DNA of 63,482 nt, counting the filler, from Hyphochytrium catenoides (lineage: Eukaryota > Protista > Hyphochytriomycota): the NCBI GenBank assembly GCA_900088475.1. It is 7 parts of 7 records of this genome, joined end to end, with 100 filler letters (N's around TTAATTAATTAA, not from the genome) between each part and the next. Parts side by side here need not be neighbours in the genome. Positions count along the whole stretch, not along the records: positions 1 to 25,960 come from FLMG01000169.1; positions 26,061 to 28,140 come from FLMG01001004.1; positions 28,241 to 29,479 come from FLMG01002097.1; positions 29,580 to 39,500 come from FLMG01004649.1; 3 more parts are not named here. The stretch is one strand, 5' to 3'. The notes beneath the pieces are model-generated. The model was given only the letters and a program-made list of their open reading frames with translations. It was not told where the DNA came from and made no database searches. Of this stretch, positions 22,394 through 32,642 are shown piece by piece (position 1 is the stretch's first letter; each line of letters begins with the position of its first letter). The position numbers and the translations under genes were made by a program.

Positions 22394-25105
22394 CTATGTC
22401 CGTCCTACCGTGGGCTTCAAGTTGCTCCACCGCTTTGCTCCTGCATAGTTTAGCCTTGCTTGGAAGAGCACGAACGAGTCACTGAAAAACATTGTGTTCC
22501 ATATGTCTCGCAACAGAAACTGAAGAAGAGTAAGGAGGCGAAAGAGAGTCTGTCGAGGATAATCAAATCCAGTTTCTGTGGCCCCTGAGGTCACCGACAG
22601 GTGTTCACCCAGGGATTCTCCCTCTTCAAAGGAAGTACTGGTTCTAGTCGAAGAGATCCTTGCAGCCACGAAGCCACCCTCCCCGTGCGGATGAAGCAAA
22701 ACATATGAGATTGTCGCAGTCGATGCCAGGATGAGGATGCATAGGAGAAGATAGCTTCGCCTAAGACTGACATTTAGGGCATCCTGAAAGATAAAGAGGA
22801 CAAGCCAGAAGAAGTAGGAGATCGGAAAGGTGTACCGCCGAGTATTTACCATGCACTGAGAAAGAAAGACGCATGCCGCCAATGCCTGTACTAGGAGAAA
22901 CCAGGCATCCAGGGTCCTCAGTAACTCCTTGAGGAGAGTCAGGTTGGCAAAGAAGAGAGACACCACAATGGATGGAATGGCAAAGGCGAAGAAAAGCCAG
23001 CTGCCAACCTCAAAGAAGGTTTCTGTCGTTGACCTGTCCCAGTCTAGTTCCTCTATTGCGGGCAGAATAATGGTAGCAAAGGCGAAGACGCCTATGCACA
23101 CGAGGTAGCCAAACAGTCCAATTCCTGTGGCATGGAGCTTTTCCCAGATAGCCTGACAAGTCTCTTCACTGCAGAAGAGTCGGCCAACTATCTGGTTAGC
23201 ATCCAAGATGGTGAGGGGAAAGACGGGGACTATTGCTCTTTTATAATTTGGAAGCCGAATCTTCTTCTGCATTTTGAATGTCACATTTTTCTTGTTGGAG
23301 TTACCCTGCCCAAGGGCCCGACCAGCAGCCTGGAGGAGCTTCTTGAGGTAGGTAAGCGCAGCTGTCAACAATCTCCGGGCGGAGCTCCGGATGCTGAGAC
23401 CGAAAAGTCCTATTGAAGATGGCGGGGAGCTCCGGCTTGTTCGGCGAGGGGGAACGGGAAATGGTGGGGTCGGAATGATCGCCAGGGCGCTGGTTGTCGG
23501 ATGGACTTGGTTCCTTGCACCGGCGACGGTGCTTGCTTTCATAGGCTCAAGCGCTGGTGGTTGAGCAGTCCTCGAAGCCTCAACTGATAGCGGTCTGGCT
23601 GGTGGGTTTGACGCATAGTTTTCTTCACGATCATCTGCTGCTCTTTCGCTCTTGGACTTACTATGCTTCAGGCGGTTCGCTTGGGACCGCCCTTTTTTAC
23701 TTTCTGAGATTATGCTCTTCAAATCTTGTTCTGCCGCAGTATCTCTCTTTCTCGAAGATGTGCCTTTGCCCTGACTATTAAGATCTCCAGCTCTACGGGA
23801 GGCGCTTCTGTTGTTTTGTTCCCCGCCGCTTTCAGGCACAGACAGTGAGGGCTTCGATGACGGTGAAGCTGATGCTTCAGCAGAGACTTTCCTGACGCTC
23901 GCATTTTGAGAAAGGCTGTACTTTATTCTACTCCTAAGCAGGTGAAAAGTCTCTGGAGATATTATAGAGAGAATCCAAGCCCGCATGAGAAAGCTGCCCA
24001 TGTTTAGAAGGCTGGTCTGCGCCAGCTCATTATAATGGAAGACGACAGATATAAAGCTCAGGTCCCAGTGAACCTCGTCCTCTGCATGCAGAAGTTCTTC
24101 TGCTTTCGACGATTTGATAGAAGACGGAGGATTGCCGCTATCTGAAGCAGCAGCCGTGTGCATCATATCCAGTGAAAATAGCACGTAGAGATATGTGTAC
24201 AGAATCAGTTGGAAGCCCAGCAACGACATCTCCATTCGCTTTGACCTTCTATGCTTGGGAAAGGCGTCTATGAAGACCATGCACGTGAAATTGACACCAG
24301 TATTGAAGGCATTAAACAATCGCAGGTTGAGGCCGACAGCATACCCCATAGACAGAACCAACAACCAAAGCTCTATGAGCATGAACCAAGTATTGAATTT
24401 CCTCAACAGCTCCTTTACGATGGGAGGGTTGAGAGACAGTACATACATCACCCATCCCGGGATCATGCAAAGAAAACTCAGCGCAGCCAGTAGCTCGGCG
24501 TACGTTGGGCCCAGAGGTAAGGAGACAATCAGAAGAAGGACACCTATGGCTGCTAATGCCAATGTAGGTACCGTATAACGTGGTGACTCGTTCTTGATGA
24601 TGTGCGAGTACCACCACTCTCCGGTGATGGGACCAAAGATATCCTCAGCGAAGGACGCCTGGGTATCCAGATATTGCAAGCGATATACAGGCATAAGGAG
24701 CATCTGACCCGTTGCCAGCTTGAGCTGCTGGAGATCCCGTAGGAAGTGACGGCCCTTCCCATGTATAGGTTTGACATTGATCCTAAGTGATTTTGGCGGA
24801 CTGCTGCTGCTGACTTTGATGACCTTTGCTGAAATATACTTCAGATTGCTGGCCGCTTTAGCAGTGAAAGAAGAGAGATGGCCCTCCTCATCATCGGAAG
24901 AGGAAGAAGAGATATTTGATTCGACATCTCCTTCCGACTTCCTTTCTTTTTTCTTTGGACTTGGCGCAGGGGAGACCTTTACCACCTTGCTGGTGGCCAC
25001 CTTGCTAACCAGAGTCTTGCTGTTATGCATGGATGTGTTGGCTGGGCAGCCACATATCCTCTCCGCCCTCTGTACCTGCGGAAAGGATGCCGACAGCTTA
25101 ATCAC
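22394..25105 (-). CDS. Intronless polytopic membrane protein with two homologous multi-TM repeats; first ATG at 25030
   Basis: 903-codon ORF with two hydrophobic clusters of about 6 TM segments each, separated by a ~200 aa S/P/R-rich linker. The repeats share motifs (KELLRKFNTWF / KELLRTLDAWF; FIDA / FQDA). The exact start is uncertain. Confidence 0.85.
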   Translation of the reverse strand: MIKLSASFPQVQRAERICGCPANTSMHNSKTLVSKVATSKVVKVSPAPSPKKKERKSEGDVESNISSSSSDDEEGHLSSFTAKAASNLKYISAKVIKVSSSSPPKSLRINVKPIHGKGRHFLRDLQQLKLATGQMLLMPVYRLQYLDTQASFAEDIFGPITGEWWYSHIIKNESPRYTVPTLALAAIGVLLLIVSLPLGPTYAELLAALSFLCMIPGWVMYVLSLNPPIVKELLRKFNTWFMLIELWLLVLSMGYAVGLNLRLFNAFNTGVNFTCMVFIDAFPKHRRSKRMEMSLLGFQLILYTYLYVLFSLDMMHTAAASDSGNPPSSIKSSKAEELLHAEDEVHWDLSFISVVFHYNELAQTSLLNMGSFLMRAWILSIISPETFHLLRSRIKYSLSQNASVRKVSAEASASPSSKPSLSVPESGGEQNNRSASRRAGDLNSQGKGTSSRKRDTAAEQDLKSIISESKKGRSQANRLKHSKSKSERAADDREENYASNPPARPLSVEASRTAQPPALEPMKASTVAGARNQVHPTTSALAIIPTPPFPVPPRRTSRSSPPSSIGLFGLSIRSSARRLLTAALTYLKKLLQAAGRALGQGNSNKKNVTFKMQKKIRLPNYKRAIVPVFPLTILDANQIVGRLFCSEETCQAIWEKLHATGIGLFGYLVCIGVFAFATIILPAIEELDWDRSTTETFFEVGSWLFFAFAIPSIVVSLFFANLTLLKELLRTLDAWFLLVQALAACVFLSQCMVNTRRYTFPISYFFWLVLFIFQDALNVSLRRSYLLLCILILASTATISYVLLHPHGEGGFVAARISSTRTSTSFEEGESLGEHLSVTSGATETGFDYPRQTLFRLLTLLQFLLRDIWNTMFFSDSFVLFQARLNYAGAKRWSNLKPTVGRT

Positions 25106-25960
25106 CTATATCATACCTCCGACCTCCTGCATCTCTTCTATAGGGCAGATCTGATGAAGTTTAAGAAGAGAAGCTCTTCACGTCAATCAGCTCTGATTTG
25201 CAGGAAGGAACCTATCATTGTCGACGCTGGCGGCTGCAGACAAGGCTTGCATTCCCAAGACCCGCCCTTCATGGTTGTTCTCCTCTAAAGCCTCAGCCAC
25301 AGAGCTCTATGAGCTTAACAGCACGCGCCGCGCCGTTCTTCTGCCCCTCCTGAGAGAAAAGACACGTCTTCCGACCTTAATTTAGCTATCTCATGTTGTT
25401 GAGGACAGTCTTTTCTTGCTCTCTCGCCCTTCCCTGAACTTCTGCCAAGTAAGGCCTCTCTCTCCTTCCCTTCCACACTCTACAGGCCCATCCCTTCTCT
25501 TTCCCTCCTCCCTTCCGCTGCTCTTCGTTACACTTCTTTGATAATGCTGACTCGCGCGCTCTCCACTACGCGGCGCTGGCGGTAGAGGCTGGTGCTCTCC
25601 TCTCTATGTCCTCATACAATGAAGGTAAATCAAAGCTTTGTCCTGCTGCTGGTGCCGCAGGTGAAGACTTGGTTAAGGAAAGAGTGCGATGGGCCGTTTC
25701 ACCAAACTGCAAGGTGAGAGACGCCATCAATTAACTTTCAAGCTAGCATGCCTCCCTCCCTCTTGGTAAACATAGAATTGATGATGATTGGGGAGTGCCG
25801 CCGGCTACCCCAATCATACGGCGTTACCTCTGTTGTCAATTTTGACGAAGGATCAAAGGGCACAAAACACTCTAGTTTTCCCTTGTTGTTTCCTAGGTCA
25901 ATAAAGGGGTTTTACCCTCGAGGATGAGGGAGCTGTGCACAGGGGGGATGGAAAGGGGGG

Positions 25961-26060
25961 NNNNNNNNNNNNNNNNNNNNNNNNNNNNNNNNNNNNNNNN
26001 NNNNTTAATTAATTAANNNNNNNNNNNNNNNNNNNNNNNNNNNNNNNNNNNNNNNNNNNN
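25961..26060. other. Artificial contig spacer (44 N + TTAATTAATTAA + 44 N); identical spacers at 28141-28240, 29480-29579, 39501-39600, 44806-44905, 62165-62264
   Basis: Six identical 100-nt blocks, each with a six-frame stop linker. Confidence 0.97.
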
Positions 26061-28240
26061 TCCAAAGCCTGACTTATGAAAGGTGAGAGAAGAGAATGCT
26101 CTGCTAGCAGTATCAGCCGTCCTTGGCTCGTGAGCTGACCGTGACCCTCACAGGCTGCTCACTATCATCCGCACAGCCAACAGTGATCAGTCTCTGGTGC
26201 CGCAGCTCCATACAAATGGGCCACTGAGAGCCAACAGGGCGGGAGTGGGCATCCGACTTGCTTTGTGTGGAGACAGCGCGGTCAGGTGATAGATGGACTG
26301 CGTTCGTGCTCTCCTGACGTGCTCAATAGCTGATCTGTGCGCTGCTCAGCTACTACCAAGCCCAGGAGCTATTCACTGACTAGAGCTGCAGTTCTATCAT
26401 CCCTTGGAGCTCGGCCCACAGACACAGCTCCAGTGCTCGTCTCACAGTGCGGCCCCCACACTCCCGAGGAAAGGTGATAGGGCTTTAGAAGCGCACTGTG
26501 GCAGAGAGAGGAAAGCGTCGCCCCGCCCTTAGGATGATCCAGACAGCTTCAGATGTTCAGTGCTGTTGTGGCGCTGGATAGTCAGTATGACAAGCCATAG
26601 CGCCGCACCTCTAGATGGCCACCTTGGGAGCAGGAGTTCAGTCAGAGATTGAGAAGTTCCTTACTTTCCCAACCTCCTATCTGCCTTACGCCTTAGGCCA
26701 GTGGATGGTTCTTCTTCTCAGCCACCTTCGAACGGGAAAGGCGAATAATCTCTATTAACATCCGCCATCGTTGGTTGCCGTGGTAACATTGGCAATTTAG
26801 CTGCCTTCCTGGTCCTTGCCATGAGACGACCAAAAGGAGCTGGTGGTCAGTCTGTAAACAGTAACAACGCCACATACAATCTCTCATGTCCTTCAACCGA
26901 GCTCGGTTCTCGTCTCTAAAAAAACTAGTCTTTCCTGTTGGCGCAACCACGACTCCTTTGGCAGCTCCTCTGCCATAGGTTCCTAGGGGCACCGTTGGTT
27001 CTGCCGTCTGCACTGATGGAGGAGTAAAGATAGCCTGGGGCATTGAAGTGCACGATATCTTTAGATAACTGGCTCTCAAGTATAGCGCTCTTTGCTCCCG
27101 CTGGTCCGACGTTTGCACGAAAGAGACCCTCCTTTGTAGAGCTCTCGCTCTCCTTCCCGTATATATCCTCCTCCTAACCTTTCATTTGTGCCGTGGGTTG
27201 GCCTGTGCTGCGGTTCTTGCTGCTTTCTAGGCCTCAAGCTCTTCTGTTCTGGCGTACATCCCCCAGTTGCCGCTTCTGCGGTTACATCCTGGTGCCTAGC
27301 TCTGTTGTCCTAATGAAAGTGGGCAAGCGCATTGATGGTTATGGGTGGAGATTTCTAAGAATGATAATAGGTCATGCAGTGGATAAGCGACGACCATGCC
27401 CGACAAGAGGTCTACGGGCTGTGCCGCTACTTCCTCTTCTATGAGAGGCCTNNNNNNNNNNNNNNNNNNNNNNNNNNNNNNNNNNNNNNNNNNNNNNNNN
27501 NNNNNNNNNNNNNCTCCTCGCCGCTCCAGGTCTTCTGCCCAGGCTTCTGTCTTGGTACTTCCTGACTGCTGCCAAGTAGATCCAAAGAAGAGAATGATCC
27601 TGTTTGTGGGTGGGCCTTTGAACGAGCTGGAGCCGATCCGGACGGATGCCCCAAGAAACTCCACTGGATGTTGAGAAGGGGCGGTCGGAGAAAGAACTAA
27701 CGGATTCACCCCTTTCCAGTGGCAGTACGTAGGGATCCTCCTCCTTCCTTTCTGCTCTCTCCTTTTTTCCTTCTCCCTACTGGACTTGACCAGCTATTCC
27801 CTCGCCGCAAAAGAGAAAGGTTTACCTCCTCTCCCCAAAAGATGGCTCTGATGCCTCCACGAGGAAGGCAGGGAAGGAGGCCGCTTCAACCAGCCGCCAA
27901 TCCACCCCAGGCAGGCATGCTGAGAGAGTCCAGTCCCGCAGCCTCCTTTTCGATGAGCTCTATGCCGTAAACAAGAAGACACACAGAGCAAGCGACGAAT
28001 CCCAACAACTTGCATAAAGACTAAAGGTCAAGGCCAAGAAGTGAAAGGATACCAACAACGATCCGCCAGAAAAAAAGTGAAGGACAGTCCAAAAGGAAAA
28101 AACGAACCAACAATAGAAAACAATCAAAAAAAGAGAACAGNNNNNNNNNNNNNNNNNNNNNNNNNNNNNNNNNNNNNNNNNNNNTTAATTAATTAANNNN
28201 NNNNNNNNNNNNNNNNNNNNNNNNNNNNNNNNNNNNNNNN

Positions 28241-28750
28241 ACCAAAGAGAGACGCACTCCGCTTCCGTGGTTGACGACGCTCTGAGAGACTGTTTCTTTG
28301 ACTTCCTTGCAAAAGCACCTCCGTTGAGGCTCAAGAAATAGCCGGTGGTGATAGACTTCCGGTCAGCTGGGTCACTCGCCCAATCAGCATCAGCCTGGAC
28401 AGAGAGTTGAATAGGGGTATCTCCCCCTAGACACAAGGAGTAGTCTTGGGTGGCCTTCAGGTAGGTGAAGATACGTTTGACAGCCTCCCAGTGAACGTGG
28501 CGGAAGTTAGTGACGTGTTGGCTCACAGCTTGTCAATGTACCGCATAATAAGCGATATCAGGCCGCGTGCACACCATGACGTACAGCAAGGAACCCACTG
28601 CTTGACGGTAAGGGGTGCGAGCCAACCGGTCAGCGCCATCATCAGAAAGAGGAATGGTAGAAGCTTTGGGCAAGTACGTCTTAGGTATCGCTGGGATAGG
28701 ATTGGGGTGGTAGGCATCAAGTAGGTTTGAAGCGCTCCAAGATCTCGGTA
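28241..28750 (-). mobile_element. Degenerate Ty1/copia retrotransposon, RT C-terminus to RNase H fragment
   Basis: Translates with frameshifts and a stop as PYRQAVGSLLYVMVCTRPDIAY..HWEAVKRIFTYLKAT..ADADWASDPADRKS..GY..KSKKQS..SSTTEAE, which are copia RT/RNaseH motifs. Confidence 0.92.
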
Positions 28751-28781
28751 ATTGGCGAGCCCGAAGGGCGACGCTTTCTTG

Positions 28782-29479
28782 TGTAAGGGATTGTACTTTT
28801 TTTTACTTACTAGTTGGAGAAACTAGGGATTATTGTACAAGTACAGTAGAGTAGCCTAGACCTCCCCCTGGAGCCATGGAGTGACTGAGGTCATCGAGTG
28901 GCTTGGGGCGGCGCGCTAAAGATCAATATCATCATTCTGGCATTTCCCGAGCTCCCCTCTCACCTTGCTAGGACCTTACATGGTGCATTCACCGGATGCG
29001 AAGAATCTGAAGAAAACCTACTACAAAGAACGCGATTAGCAACTATGACTGCGAACAAACGTAGCAATCCTACCACACAATCTTCACTGCCATCGCCGCT
29101 GCCCACCCCTACTGCAGAAGAAGAACCAGAAGCAGTCGCAGCTCCGATGAGCGAAGACTCAGAGTCTTCAAATGAATCAAACCACCAACCTCTCCAAAGG
29201 GATATGCCTGCGGAGACAGAAGAGAGCCCTCTACAACCACCAGACGTAGAGGAGACTCCCATGCCAATGACAGTTGAGCAACATCTACACTACAGCAACG
29301 AAAAATTTGCTGAGATGCTGAAGCTGATCAAAACGCAAGACGAAAAACTCCAGGACCAAGCAGCAAGGCTCCATAGCCTAGAAGTCCAAAACAGACTTCT
29401 AACTGCCCTAATAGAACGATCCCCTACCACATCAGGGAACTCGAACTCTACAAAGGTGAAGAGCCACCTGCTGCCCGAG
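28782..29479 (+). mobile_element. 5' end of an LTR retrotransposon (probably Ty3/gypsy): LTR 28782-28980, PBS 28981-28995, gag-like ORF from ATG 29045 truncated by the gap
   Basis: A 199-bp segment bounded by the inverted termini TGTAAGG...CCTTACA is immediately followed by TGGTGCATTCACCGG (complement of a tRNA 3'-CCA end). An open ORF follows, with a low-complexity region, a coiled coil and KVK..LPE. The superfamily is inferred; no pol is visible. Confidence 0.75.
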
Positions 29480-32400
29480 NNNNNNNNNNNNNNNNNNNNN
29501 NNNNNNNNNNNNNNNNNNNNNNNTTAATTAATTAANNNNNNNNNNNNNNNNNNNNNNNNNNNNNNNNNNNNNNNNNNNNCAACTCTATTATTGTCCTTAT
29601 GTAGCTTCATCTCTGTGCAAAGACGTCGAGAGGTACCACTCACCCCTTGCTGATCTGGTTGAGAAGCGTGGAGGAAACGTCTGGGTAAAGAAGACCGATA
29701 TAAAGGACATCATATATCTAACATCTCCTATAAATAAATAAAGATGAGAACCATCAAAAAGCTCGGATACAGTCATTTTTACTACGATGTGCTCCCTTAC
29801 GATCATATTATGGGAGGGGCGATACGCCATGTCCTGACTGTGGGGAGCATCTTCTAAAGCTTCGATGCGATGGCTGTTCACTTGACGCATCTCGGCTTTC
29901 ATGATGGTCATTGGTCTCGTCTGGCGATGCTTTTAAGCCTTCATGACAGAGTCTTGTTGGCCGATGAAAAATAGAGAAGACTGAAGGGACACGGAGGGAC
30001 AACTTAACAATGCGAGAAGTGAATTGAAACGACAAAGCACCGCATCACAAATAGAGAAGAATGTCTTCTTGCAGTGACATAGAGAACGGACCACAATAAA
30101 TAAGAAGACAATCATAGCGGCTAGTAGCTTTCTTGCTCCCGCTCCACTCAGCAACTGCTGCAGCAACAAGAAGAGAAAAAGGAGATAACAACGGCGTCGA
30201 GACGCAAGAGCATCTCCCAGAAAAAGCGACTTGAATGATGTACCTACCAAAGAAGAATATGGAGAAATAAGTCATATAGACACCCTCATCTTGCACTAAT
30301 AAAAGGAGAGGTGGTGTTAAAAGGAGAAGAAGTGGTGTGAGTCAGTGGATTAGCTACGTCTTCGCTTCGCCTGGTGGTGGGGCCAGGCCTCAGCTCCGAC
30401 AAAGCTTTGCAGAGGAAGACTTCTATCTAAGGCGGGTCTATGGAGGACTTTTCTCTTAGATCGAACGTTATTGACCGACTCATTATCACTATTGTTTAGC
30501 AAGAACCTTCAATTCAAGGAGAAAAGAGAAGAGAGAAGGGGAAAGAACTAGGAGGGATGAGACCAGCCTCCTCCCGTGAGCGCCTTCTTCTTCTCTATAC
30601 GCCTCCTGATCCTAGTGCTTGCTCCAGGAGATGAAGCGAGGGCCCGTCGTTCAGAGGAGTATGTGGTACTATTATTACTCGGAGTATATACTCCTGCCTC
30701 TGAACGACAACAAGAGACAGTGGTGGTGGGAGAGAAAATGGAGAGAGAAGAGATTCGATAATAAGGAACTCCGGCTAAGTCTGACACATCGTAAAGAGAT
30801 TACCCTAGCAGATCTTGACCCAACCCCGCTACTACTGCTTCACCCGCTATGGGAAACCCAAGTGATGACTTGGAGGCGGGACCGGGGGCGGTGCCAAGGT
30901 AACCTCACTAGTAGAGGCCTCCCTATCCGTACAGTCATCACTTTATTTATGAACACTATATAATATGCATCATATTTGCTGTATAAGAAGACAAGTGCGG
31001 TAGCACAGAAGAAGAAGAAAAATGATGACGATCGTGGACATTGGTCGACACCAAGCAGCAAACTGCACGCATCCTCCTCCCTCTTCTTTCCGTTCTTCCT
31101 CCTCAGGCAGAATACTACTGACGATCCATGCCGCTAGTAGTTACTAGGTATTGACGAGGTCACTCATCGATGATGTTAGGGTGGTGAGCAACTCTAGATC
31201 ATTCTTCGTGGACAAATCAAGCTTTTTTCATAGCTGACTATAAGGAAAGAGGTTAAAATTGTCGAGTAATGGTAGGAGAAGACAAGGCACTTCTCTTCCT
31301 TCCGTGCAAGAGAGAGTAAGAGAGAAGAGGAGCAGAAGAGAGAGTGAACACAAGAGCAAGATGGAGACAAGGGGAAGAGAACAAAGAACGGAGCAGTAAT
31401 AGCAAAGGATGGAGGTGTTGACGGTCATGGTTGGACAGAAAGGAAAGAAACAGCAGAAAAAAGGAGAAGAGGATGATGACTGAGGAGCGAGAAGACAGGT
31501 GGAGGAGGAGGAAGGGAATTAACCGCCTACCAGCCGTAGTAGTAGGAACCGGAGGAAAAGAAGAGAGGGGAACCAGATGAGATAGCAAAGAGAGAAACAG
31601 AAAAATGGGAAAGAAGAGTTGCAGAAGGGCTTGACGGCGACAGCAGGAGGAAGAAGAGAAGAGACCGGCCACGAGGAGACGAAAAGAAAAAGAGGAGGTG
31701 GTGGAGATGATGAGCAATGTTATTAGTAGAAGAAGAAAGAGAGAACCGCTGCTCGGGGTGCCTTCTATTTATTTATGTTAGCAAAGGCCGGCCTGCCTCC
31801 ATTATTGTCTGAAATATGTCGAAGTGAATCTTGGAAGAAGTAGACAACGATAATTTGATGAGCGGGAGAACGAAGGCAACTTCAGTCGTTCCATCGTCTC
31901 TTCTTTTTGCTCTCTTTCTTCTGCTGCTAGCCGATCTTCCGATTAGCATCATATTGGCGGTCGTAAGATAGGAGAAACATTATTGAGAAGAACCATGAAG
32001 AGCGATGGACGAGTTATAAGGAAGAATAATATCCTTTGTTGAATAAGAAGAATCGGAAAAAGTTAAAGTAGTAGTAGTATGCCAGAGGAAAAGGACATCG
32101 TCAGTATTGACGTTGAAGAAAATGGATACGTTTGTTGTTCGTCCCCTGCTCCTCCGTCATCCTGCTGCACTAGCGACGCCACTTTTCGTTCGCAGGTTAG
32201 TCCGTAGCTACTCCTCCCTACTCACTGCTGGGGAAGACCTAGACAACCGCGCGCCAAAGCATGAGGCGCCGGCTCCTCAGAAGACACACAGAAGAAGAAA
32301 AGGTGCTTTCAAGCTCCCAAGTGGGTTTGCCATGTTTGCCATCTTGAAATACCTAGAAGAGGAAATGCACCGGCGGCACCTGGGGACATCCACACAAATG

Positions 32401-32642
32401 TTTGGAGACTAGTAGAGCGATGTGATCGATGTATAAAGCTTGCTGAAAATGTGAAGGAGAGTAATGATTAAGAAAAGAGTTTTTATAAAATGTCTCTCGC
32501 TTTGACCGCGGGAGCAGCTGCGTTGACACTCTCCGTCGCTATAATAGCCATTCATCCACCTCCTATGATAGAGCAACCGGAAGAAAGTAGGTTCTTGTCC
32601 TCTATCTTCTGACTCATTCTCTCCTCTCTTAGTTCTGTCCTC

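Noticed and set aside
26061-28140. Possible LINE ORF1/gag remnant (Cys/His-rich ORF 26693-27118)
   Set aside because: No intact CCHC knuckle, RT or endonuclease motif is visible, so it cannot be supported without a search.
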